Assembly (NCBI GenBank): GCA_021372475.1
Contig: JAJFUJ010000114.1
Span: 1-23,024 of the forward strand
Direction: 5' to 3'
DNA: 23,024 bases
From: Chloroflexota bacterium
GTDB lineage: Bacteria > Chloroflexota > Anaerolineae > UBA1429
Shown: piece after piece, positions 16,395-23,024 of the stretch
Layout: the number at the start of each line of letters is the position of its first letter
How positions within the stretch are numbered: position 1 is the first letter of the stretch
Translations under genes and position numbers: made by a program
The notes under the pieces: generated by a model
What the model saw: only the letters and a program-made list of their open reading frames with translations
Told to the model about the DNA's origin: nothing
Databases searched by the model: none

Positions 16395-18575
16395 CTAGAT
16401 AGGGTTGTTGTTCTGTGAATACAAGAGAGCATTCTGCAAGATACGTTCCAAACGCCCCGATTGCTCCTCGCCGTTGATGCCCAGCTCGCTCGAGACCAGG
16501 AAAATTCCTCCGCTGCAGCGGGCAGCCAGGCCTATCAGTACCCGACCGAGCCCCTCGCGGCGCGCCTGATCCTCGTCAGCATCATACCAGATGCGCCCCG
16601 TTTGCCAGGCACGCGAGAGGACGTAAGGTTGCGTAAGCGGTTGGTTGGGACGGTTCCACCAGCCGTCAACGCGCAAGTCGCACCAAAACTGGTAGCGCGA
16701 GCGCAGCCCCCGAGTCAGATACGCAAAAGCCGGAGCCAGAATCACGGCATCGAGCGCCTCGTCCAGACGGTCCTCGATGTATTCGGCGCTTGCCAGGCCG
16801 TTGAGCACAAAAGCAGTATATATAGCGCCCGGATCATCTGCGACCGAGAAGCCACCGGATCCAGCACCTGCACTACCGGCTAGGCGGAACTTGAGAGCAG
16901 ATTCAACCAATCGGCTGTAGCTGTGAGCCAGATCCGCGCGCAGATAGAAGCCGTATCCAGGCAAAGTTAACAACTCGCCAAAAATCTGTGATAAAAAGAT
17001 ATCCAGTGGCTGCTGCTCGCGACCGGCATAGTCAGCCAGCCAGGTACGCAGCGCCTCGTAGCGCTCGCGCAATTGGAAGCCGAGACGCTGCCAGAGCATC
17101 CCGGCCTGGGCTGCGGTCGCCTGAACCTGACCGGATAGGTCAGTCAGAGCCATATTCCCCTGGGGCAGCGCAGATTCGGCCAACAACCGCGCCCTTACCG
17201 GGTCCAGATTGGCCAGCATGACTCCGAGCATCTCGGCCAGGTCCTCGACCGGCAACGTCCTGAGCACCGCTTCTGAGCTTGCCCATGTGGGGTGGGCCAA
17301 ACGAGCGAGAGTCAAGCCAGCACGCACAATCACATCATCGCGCAAAGGGGTAGCGGGACGCAGCAAGTATTGGCCAATCCCCCTTTCGTGCAATTCCTCC
17401 TCAAGGGCAAAGCGCATCACCTCGCTCACATAAGGGGCAACCACGGCAATTTCGCCCGGCGCGCAGCCTGCCTCCACCAGATGAGCAATCTCGTTGGCGA
17501 TCCAGCGAATCATTCCTACCCAGTAGCGTTCGCTACGCTGCCCGAGCACAGCCCGACGCGCATCTCCCACCGCAGATATATTAGCCTGAGGCAGGTGCAT
17601 AACCGAACACACCCTGTTTGCCAAGGTGAGTATATCAGGGTTTATGCCCGGCAGGCTATCCATGCGCAGCTCCTGAGAGCAACGTTCTCCCAGGTTGCGA
17701 GCTGCCTGCCGGTCGGCTCCTAAAAAGATTCTGTATCCGCCACCTTCATCTTCAGCCAGCACAGAGGAAGCGCATAAGGGCTGTAGCCAGGCGATATAAT
17801 CGCTGGCCACCGGCACGGTTTCCTCGATGTTATCGGCGATCAAGTGCCGCACATGCTCTGCTAGATATGTTTTGTATGCCCGGCTGGGGTAGATTAACTC
17901 CACAAAGAGCTGAGTTGTCAGTGAGAGGTCCAAAAGCGAGTGCGCCAGACAGTATGCGCGAAAACGCATAGCGCAGTCCTGCGCCTGCTGATAGCTGGCG
18001 TAACGGTGTTCGCTGCCGGCCCAGGCTGATATCAGCCGGCTTGCTATCTCCTGGGGAGCAAAGCCGACCAGCGCCGATTTGTTCAAATTATCGATGAGCT
18101 GCGAAAGAAGCCGTTCGCGACGGATGGTGATATCCGCAAAGTAGCCATTTTCCTGGACAAGGGGCTGCAAGATACGCGCCATATGATACTGGGTGCTCTC
18201 CACGTTCATAAAAGTCGGCTCCAATTCGGGGTGCTTGAAGCCGGCGGAACCCGACACCAGTGGCCAAAATAGCGCTACAGCGCGCTGGCAAAGGCCATAG
18301 AAAGTGGTGATAGTCACACTACCGTTGATAAACCATGTAGAATGCGCCAACGCCTGCTCAAAGGTCTCTCTTTGCGATCTGTCGCTGACGAGTACCAGGA
18401 TTTGGTCAGGCCGAACCCCCTCTTTAATCAACGCCAACATGCGTGCGACCAGCGCAGTAGTCTTGCCGCTGCCGGCCAGACCGTGGACCCACAGGCCATT
18501 ACCTCCCTGTTTTGGGAAGTCTACTACTATTCGTTGTGTTTCTATTAGGTCAGTATAGTTTGAAGCTATTATCAT
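16395..18575 (-). CDS. UvrD-family helicase-like protein with intact Walker A but degenerate catalytic motifs (AddB/RexB-like non-motor subunit candidate); first gene of the operon.
   Basis: 726 aa. Motif I GLAGSGKT and a TFH-like ITTFYGLC are present. The motif II position reads LIADNIEET instead of DExQD, and motifs III, V and VI are poorly recognisable (GADRQA, GLAARCSGGIF). Its stop is 9 nt before the start of the next helicase. Confidence 0.65.
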   Translation of the reverse strand: MIIASNYTDLIETQRIVVDFPKQGGNGLWVHGLAGSGKTTALVARMLALIKEGVRPDQILVLVSDRSQRETFEQALAHSTWFINGSVTITTFYGLCQRAVALFWPLVSGSAGFKHPELEPTFMNVESTQYHMARILQPLVQENGYFADITIRRERLLSQLIDNLNKSALVGFAPQEIASRLISAWAGSEHRYASYQQAQDCAMRFRAYCLAHSLLDLSLTTQLFVELIYPSRAYKTYLAEHVRHLIADNIEETVPVASDYIAWLQPLCASSVLAEDEGGGYRIFLGADRQAARNLGERCSQELRMDSLPGINPDILTLANRVCSVMHLPQANISAVGDARRAVLGQRSERYWVGMIRWIANEIAHLVEAGCAPGEIAVVAPYVSEVMRFALEEELHERGIGQYLLRPATPLRDDVIVRAGLTLARLAHPTWASSEAVLRTLPVEDLAEMLGVMLANLDPVRARLLAESALPQGNMALTDLSGQVQATAAQAGMLWQRLGFQLRERYEALRTWLADYAGREQQPLDIFLSQIFGELLTLPGYGFYLRADLAHSYSRLVESALKFRLAGSAGAGSGGFSVADDPGAIYTAFVLNGLASAEYIEDRLDEALDAVILAPAFAYLTRGLRSRYQFWCDLRVDGWWNRPNQPLTQPYVLSRAWQTGRIWYDADEDQARREGLGRVLIGLAARCSGGIFLVSSELGINGEEQSGRLERILQNALLYSQNNNPI

Positions 18576-18588
18576 ATGAATTTAAGTG

Positions 18589-18597
18589 GATTATAGC
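18589..18597 (-). promoter_or_regulatory. Extended -10 promoter element (TGcTATAAT) driving the helicase-helicase-nuclease operon, with a very short or leaderless 5' UTR.
   Basis: Minus strand reads ccagttgTGcTATAATccacttaaattcatATG. The TGnTATAAT sits ~13 nt before the ATG at 18575 and there is no SD upstream of that ATG. Confidence 0.35.
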
Positions 18598-18635
18598 ACA
18601 ACTGGAACGCAAATGGGATTACTGGGGGAGCCTGA

Positions 18636-18674
18636 GGAGCAAAACACAAACCGTATCATGGGGCGATACGGTTT
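18636..18674 (-). terminator. Rho-independent terminator of the lipoprotein gene, insulating it from the helicase operon.
   Basis: Perfect inverted repeat AACCGTATC / GATACGGTT (18648-18674) with a 7 nt loop. On the minus strand it is followed by TTTGTGTTTTGC. Confidence 0.5.
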
Positions 18675-18717
18675 GTGAATGCTGAATTCAAAAAGGTATG
18701 CTACTCGAGTTATCAGT

Positions 18718-19191
18718 CTAGAACGTGCACTTGGAAATGCCCCACTTGCCGTTCACTTTCTCCAAAAACACCTGAGTTGTCCGCGCAGTGTCGCGGGTTT
18801 GTGTACCACACCGGTAAGAATAGCCTACAACCCAGAGCACGCGATCGGTAATCCCCTTGGCTCTATCAGCATCGGTTACTTCTGGCACTTTAAGGTTTGC
18901 TCCCGGGGCTCCAACCTGGACGCTTTCTGGTTTAGTAGTGCACTGCTTTTGTTTGTCATTCAATATAGTGCTTTCGATGGCTTCTTTGGTTACATAACCA
19001 AAGCCAGTAAGGGGTACTGCTAAGGCCATTGCGGCGTCCGGATCGCGCGTTACAAAAACAGCAAGAGCAAACTCTTGGGCAATCCGCTTTGTTTCCTCTT
19101 CTTCGGGATTAGCTTTTTTACAACCAACCGCTGCCACGGCAATAGTTGACACTAGAATCACCGCCAACAGCACTCGTACCACTGGTTTCAT
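18718..19191 (-). CDS. Small secreted lipoprotein, hypothetical.
   Basis: Start at the ATG at 19191 with AAGGAG SD; the track's GTG at 19206 is less likely. Signal peptide MKPVVRVLLAVILVSTIAVAAVGC with a lipobox-like AVGC followed by KK. AT-rich composition. Confidence 0.5.
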   Translation of the reverse strand: MKPVVRVLLAVILVSTIAVAAVGCKKANPEEEETKRIAQEFALAVFVTRDPDAAMALAVPLTGFGYVTKEAIESTILNDKQKQCTTKPESVQVGAPGANLKVPEVTDADRAKGITDRVLWVVGYSYRCGTQTRDTARTTQVFLEKVNGKWGISKCTF

Positions 19192-19407
19192 ATTCTGCTC
19201 CTTCACATTTATCCTAACAACAGCACCAGAATGATACTACCAGCCAATATAATAAGCCAACCGAAGGATGTGTCAAGATAGTGGTTATTTTGCCATTTAC
19301 AACGCCAACTCTCTTTGTAGTTATGTGGCGATATACAGGAGCACAAGCCCTCCGTTTATTAGCCTACCGGCGAGCGGCAAGCAGTATAGGTTTTATAGCC
19401 GGGCACG

Positions 19408-19436
19408 TTGACAGTACCCGTGGGGATCACTAATAT
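19408..19436 (+). promoter_or_regulatory. Sigma70-type promoter for the LysE-family gene: TTGACA, 17 nt spacer, TAATAT.
   Basis: TTGACA at 19408-19413, 17 nt spacer, TAATAT at 19431-19436. SD GAGGG lies 6 nt before the TTG start at 19467. Confidence 0.45.
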
Positions 19437-19466
19437 ACCCACATCTTTTTATTATGAGGGCCAGTA

Positions 19467-20081
19467 TTGGACACAGTAAGCTACCTGGCCAAAGCATTAA
19501 CCCTCGGATTTTCTGCCGCAATCATGCCAGGAGCTTTTCAGGCATATCTCATCAATCAAGCCGCAACCCATAATTGGCGCCGGGCAGCGTTGCTTTCCTT
19601 TGCACCGCTGCTCTCGGACGGGCCGATTGTGCTTTTGACGATCCTGGTGCTTGGAATTGTACCGGCTTGGGTGCTGAGCGTGCTGCAGATTGTCGGCGGA
19701 GTATTTATTCTTTATCTGGCTTTTCACTCACTGCAAGGCCTGCTTAAACCACCTGAGGCAAATATCAAACCGCCCCCTTCAAGTTTTGGGGCGGCGGTGC
19801 TGATCAATTTACTCAACCCAAACGTCTATATCTATTGGGGCACCATCAGCGGCCCTTTATTTATCGAGGGATGGGGACAAGCTCCGCTGAAGGGCGTGTC
19901 GTTCCTGGTCTGTTTCTACATTATTATGATAATCACTTCAAATATCTTGATTTTGCTGGTGAACAGGCTCCGCACGCTGGGCAATCGTATCCAACGTATA
20001 TTGCAGTTTATTTCCGTTGGCCTTATGGCTGTGATGGGCGTGGTACAATTCATCACTGGATTAAGTAGCTTGTTAAGCTGA
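19467..20081 (+). CDS. LysE/RhtB-type amino-acid exporter family membrane protein (TTG start).
   Basis: 204 aa, about 6 TM. The N-terminus LTLGFSAAIMPGAFQAYLINQAA matches the LysE family opening (GxxxxxxPGPxxxxxxxxxL). The TTG start is supported by the SD and is needed to complete TM1. Confidence 0.55.
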   Translation: MDTVSYLAKALTLGFSAAIMPGAFQAYLINQAATHNWRRAALLSFAPLLSDGPIVLLTILVLGIVPAWVLSVLQIVGGVFILYLAFHSLQGLLKPPEANIKPPPSSFGAAVLINLLNPNVYIYWGTISGPLFIEGWGQAPLKGVSFLVCFYIIMIITSNILILLVNRLRTLGNRIQRILQFISVGLMAVMGVVQFITGLSSLLS

Positions 20082-20138
20082 TAACACAATCGCTGATTGT
20101 GGTAATCTGATGTCGAGCACTTAATTGACTAGCAGAGC

Positions 20139-20167
20139 TTGACGTCCTACCGAGCAGGCGCTATTAT
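20139..20167 (+). promoter_or_regulatory. Sigma70-type promoter upstream of the I9-like/subtilase gene pair.
   Basis: TTGACG (20139-20144), 17 nt spacer, TATTAT (20162-20167). A second TTGACT lies at 20125-20130. Confidence 0.4.
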
Positions 20168-20199
20168 TAAGTAGATAATGACCTGAAGGAGGTCATACC

Positions 20200-20460
20200 A
20201 TGGCCAAAGTAAGCGCGGAACTGCGTAAAACCCTGCGTGAGAGCCCGAATGATACCTTTGATTTGATTGTGCGCGTGGAAGGTGAGCTACAGGAGCGCAG
20301 CGCCGAGATGAACGCCATGGGAGTTAACGTCAAAAGGCAGTTCAAGTTGACGAATAGCCTGCAGATTCGCTGCAGCGGCGCCCAGGCGCTCAAACTGGCG
20401 CGCGAAGATTGGTTAGTACGTGCTGACACTAATCGCCCCGTGAGAGCGTTAGGGAGGTGA
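20200..20460 (+). CDS. Stand-alone subtilisin-propeptide (inhibitor I9)-like small protein; candidate cognate inhibitor or chaperone for the downstream subtilase.
   Basis: 86 aa. Strong SD GAAGGAGG 7 nt before the ATG. No signal peptide. The C-terminal half (VKRQFKLTNSLQIRCSGAQALKLAREDWLVRADTNRPVRA) follows the I9 pattern (xFxGFaaxLtxxxxxxLxxxPxVxYVExDxxV). Confidence 0.5.
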   Translation: MAKVSAELRKTLRESPNDTFDLIVRVEGELQERSAEMNAMGVNVKRQFKLTNSLQIRCSGAQALKLAREDWLVRADTNRPVRALGR

Positions 20461-21725
20461 GCTTGGAAGCTCCCGAGAATAAAATCGTCAACGGCTTGTG
20501 GCGCAGCATCGAGTCGGCCCCCAATTCGGATTCGCAGATATCCGTCATTTTGCGTTACCGCTCAACCCAGCGTGTGATGCGCTATACCGAATATATGCCT
20601 GGAGTGCATTTCGGCCGGCGCTATCGTTTGGGCCCATACAGCCAACTTGAGGCGACGCCGGCTGCCATTCGCACGCTAGCCGCCAGCCCGGACGTGGTGC
20701 GCATCTATCAGGATGTAGCAATGCGCGTCTTTTTGGATTCGTCGGTTCCGCATATTCATGTCCCTTATGTGTGGGAGCAGGCGCTCACGGGCAAAGGTAT
20801 CAAAATAGCGGTGGTCGATACTGGCATTGACCAATCGCACCCCGATTTCCAGGGGCGCATCCTTAACACATACGATATTACCGGCGAGACGGTGCAGGAC
20901 GGCTGCGGACACGGCACTCACTGCGCCAGTATCGCAGCCGGCAGTGGGGCAGCCAGCAAAAGTAAGTATCGCGGTGTGGCTCCAGAAGCTTCGCTCCTGA
21001 TTGCCAAAGTGTTACGCAACGATGGTTCGGGCATGATGTCCGATGTAATGGACGGTGTAGAGTGGGCGGTAGACCAGGGAGCTCAAGTTATTAGCCTCTC
21101 ACTGGGTGAGGCGGGTTCCTCGGACGGCAACGACCCGTTATGCGATCTGTGTGAAGCTGCCGTACAGCGCGGTGTGGTGGTTGTCGCTGCCGCAGGCAAC
21201 GAGGGACCGATGGGCTACTCGGTCGGCTCGCCGGCTGCTGCACCCAATATCATCACCATCGGCGCTGCGAGCGATTTGGACCGCATTGCCGAGTTTTCGT
21301 CGCGTGGTCCTACGGCCGACGGGCGCGTCAAGCCTGATGTCGTGCTTCCAGGAGTGGATATCATCGCCGCCAGAGCGCAAGGCACTTCCATGGGGATGCC
21401 GTTGGATGCCTATTATACTAGCGCTTCGGGGACATCGATGGCGACACCGCACGCAGCCGGATTGTGTGCCCTGATTTTGCAGGCGGATTCTAAACTCAAA
21501 CCTGCCGATATTAAGAAAATCATGATGGATACTGCGCGCGATTTAGGATACGGGCCCAATGCCCAGGGCGTTGGTCTGGCAGACGCCTGGGCGGCCGTCA
21601 AGGGCTTGATTGGCAATCCGCAACCGACGCCGATACCGGAACCGGAGCCTACTCCTTCACCCGATCCTTCGCCAATCGCGAAAATCGGTTGTCTGCCCGG
21701 GCTCCTCAAGATGCTGATCAAGTAG
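20457..21725 (+). CDS. Peptidase S8 (subtilisin family) serine protease with its own N-terminal I9-like pro-domain, no signal peptide, and a Pro-rich linker followed by a hydrophobic C-terminal tail.
   Basis: Catalytic triad contexts VVDTGID (Asp), HGTHCAS (His), SGTSMATPH (Ser) and oxyanion AAAGNEGP. N-terminal RRYRLGPYSQLEATPAAIRTLAASPDVVRIYQDVAMRV is I9-like. The likely true start is the TTG at 20463 (SD AGGGAGG 5 nt upstream) rather than the GTG at 20457. Tail PQPTPIPEPEPTPSPDPSPIAKIGCLPGLLKMLIK. Confidence 0.8.
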   Translation: MSLEAPENKIVNGLWRSIESAPNSDSQISVILRYRSTQRVMRYTEYMPGVHFGRRYRLGPYSQLEATPAAIRTLAASPDVVRIYQDVAMRVFLDSSVPHIHVPYVWEQALTGKGIKIAVVDTGIDQSHPDFQGRILNTYDITGETVQDGCGHGTHCASIAAGSGAASKSKYRGVAPEASLLIAKVLRNDGSGMMSDVMDGVEWAVDQGAQVISLSLGEAGSSDGNDPLCDLCEAAVQRGVVVVAAAGNEGPMGYSVGSPAAAPNIITIGAASDLDRIAEFSSRGPTADGRVKPDVVLPGVDIIAARAQGTSMGMPLDAYYTSASGTSMATPHAAGLCALILQADSKLKPADIKKIMMDTARDLGYGPNAQGVGLADAWAAVKGLIGNPQPTPIPEPEPTPSPDPSPIAKIGCLPGLLKMLIK

Positions 21726-21779
21726 ATGCTGCATCTGTGCAAACCAGCCAGAATAAACTTGCTATAAGGAAGGATTTAT

Positions 21780-22250
21780 ATGGGTATCTTGCTATCCGGA
21801 GCTGACATCATCGATTTGGCGATTCAGACCGAGGAAAAGGGCGAAGCTTTCTACCGAGAGGCTGCGAAGAAGACCGGCGCCAAGGATGCGTGCGAGCTGT
21901 TTACCTATCTGGCGGACCAGGAACAGCGCCATAAGCAAGTTTTTGCTCAACTCGGGAACGCCATCGTTGTCAGTGACCTGGAGCCGGCTGAATGGCAGGA
22001 AGCGCTCGATTATATCAACGCTACTGTCTCGCAGACCTTTTTTAGCGACGGCACGCCTATTCGGGCTATCGAATCAGGCAGCTCCGTGCGAGAAATGATC
22101 GAGCGCGCGATTGCCTTTGAACAGCAGACGCTGCTCTTTTTCTACACCTTGCGCGAGCTCGTGCAGCCTGCTAACCGCAGACTAGTGGATTCCATTGTCG
22201 CCGAGGAGCGCACCCATGTGCGTCGCCTGGCAGCTATGCGCAGCGCCTGA
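21780..22250 (+). CDS. Ferritin-like diiron protein (rubrerythrin-type four-helix bundle).
   Basis: 156 aa. SD AAGGAAGGA. Two E...ExxH half-sites: EEKGEAFYREAA...DQEQRHKQVF and AIAFEQQTLLFF...VAEERTHVRRL. Confidence 0.55.
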   Translation: MGILLSGADIIDLAIQTEEKGEAFYREAAKKTGAKDACELFTYLADQEQRHKQVFAQLGNAIVVSDLEPAEWQEALDYINATVSQTFFSDGTPIRAIESGSSVREMIERAIAFEQQTLLFFYTLRELVQPANRRLVDSIVAEERTHVRRLAAMRSA

Positions 22251-22322
22251 CATTTGAACAATGCCAGACAGAGTGATTATTTCCACTGTGGTGAGGGTGG
22301 ACAAGTGGCAGCCCAATCGGCG

Positions 22323-22994
22323 ATGCTCTATCTGGTAGCCACCCCGATTGGCAACCTGGGCGATATATCGCTACGGGCGATCGAGACGCTGCGCCAGGTT
22401 GACTGGGTAGCCAGTGAGGATACCCGCAAGACCGGTATGATGCTCAAGCATTTTCAGATTAGTAAACCGCAGGTTGCTTTTTATGCACATAATGAGGACA
22501 CAGCCTGCGCGCGGATAATCGGGTTGCTCAAAAGCGGCTTAAGTGTGGCGCTGGTGACTAACGCCGGCACACCGGGCATATCGGATCCCGGGTTTTCGCT
22601 GGTGCGTTCAGCGCTCGCCGAGAATATCCCCATCACGATGATTCCGGGAGCAACAGCCCTGGTGATGGCGCTGGTGCTCTCCGGTTTACCGACTCACAGT
22701 TTTACCTTTCGCGGGTTTCCACCGCACACGACGGGCGCACGCCGCCACTTTTACGAGGCGGACCTCGCCCATCCGTATACGCTTATCTACTACGAGAGCC
22801 CCTATCGCTTGCTTGCCTCGCTGCAGGATGCGCTGTTGGTCTTTGGGCCGCGCCGAGCTGCCGTAGCGAACGACTTAACCAAGCTGTTCGAGCGCGTCTA
22901 TCGCGGCACGTTGGCGGAACTGGTTGAACAGTTGCCCGCTACCCCCCTCAAAGGCGAATATGTTATCGTCATCGCCGGCGGCGAAAAGTCATAG
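22323..22994 (+). CDS. rsmI: 16S rRNA (cytidine1402-2'-O)-methyltransferase RsmI (tetrapyrrole-methylase fold).
   Basis: [46 protein letters not shown] matches the RsmI N-terminus (LYxVxTPIGNLxDITxRAxxxLxxVDxIAxEDTRxTxxLL). Conserved GTPGISDPG. The start is set at the internal ATG at 22323; the ORF is open from 22254. Confidence 0.75.
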   Translation: MLYLVATPIGNLGDISLRAIETLRQVDWVASEDTRKTGMMLKHFQISKPQVAFYAHNEDTACARIIGLLKSGLSVALVTNAGTPGISDPGFSLVRSALAENIPITMIPGATALVMALVLSGLPTHSFTFRGFPPHTTGARRHFYEADLAHPYTLIYYESPYRLLASLQDALLVFGPRRAAVANDLTKLFERVYRGTLAELVEQLPATPLKGEYVIVIAGGEKS

Positions 22995-23024
22995 TCCCAA
23001 CCGAAAGGTGCGATTGGCGTTGCC

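Noticed and set aside
20451-20466. Possible programmed -1 ribosomal frameshift joining the I9-like ORF to the subtilase
   Set aside because: The junction (agggaggtgagcttg) lacks a slippery X XXY YYZ heptamer and there is no downstream pseudoknot-like structure. An independent SD-start pair (AGGGAGG-5nt-TTG) explains the arrangement. A sequencing indel remains possible and is noted in the findings.
21759-21767. TGcTATAAG extended -10-like element upstream of the rubrerythrin-like gene
   Set aside because: It overlaps the gene's own SD (AAGGAAGGA) and would place the TSS downstream of the SD. It is more likely part of the RBS-bearing leader, with transcription coming from upstream.
1-23024. 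Search for tRNA/rRNA genes, CRISPR arrays and IS/transposase/integrase genes
   Set aside because: No tRNA-like T-arm (GTTCGAATC/GGTTCGA) with acceptor pairing was found. No spaced direct-repeat arrays. No transposase- or integrase-like ORFs or terminal inverted repeats flank the AT-rich segments.

Overview
This 23 kb window is GC-rich (~60%) bacterial chromosomal DNA with Shine-Dalgarno-dependent genes, about 22 protein-coding genes on both strands, and no rRNA, tRNA, CRISPR or obvious transposase. All calls are made by eye from motifs; nothing was searched. The window reads as four blocks. (1) 254-2842, minus strand: an AT-rich GT-C-type membrane glycosyltransferase plus a small membrane protein. 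(2) 3032-13316: housekeeping and carbohydrate genes. These are a URO-D/MtaA-family protein, a flotillin-like SPFH protein, a GH42-like hydrolase with an HpcH/HpaI aldolase, then a divergent Ldh_2 dehydrogenase, M55 D-aminopeptidase-like protein, a short flavodoxin-like remnant and a GH5-like hydrolase. (3) 13328-18575, minus strand: the standout, a tightly coupled three-gene operon. It encodes a UvrD-family paralogue with intact Walker A but degenerate motif II, a canonical SF1A UvrD-like helicase, and a stand-alone Cas4/AddB-type PD-(D/E)XK nuclease with a four-cysteine Fe-S signature. This looks like a split AddAB/AdnAB-like helicase-nuclease machine or an undescribed defense-type module. 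(4) 18718-22994: an AT-rich lipoprotein gene, a LysE-family exporter, a stand-alone I9 propeptide-like ORF coupled to a signal-peptide-less S8 subtilase, a rubrerythrin-like protein and RsmI.
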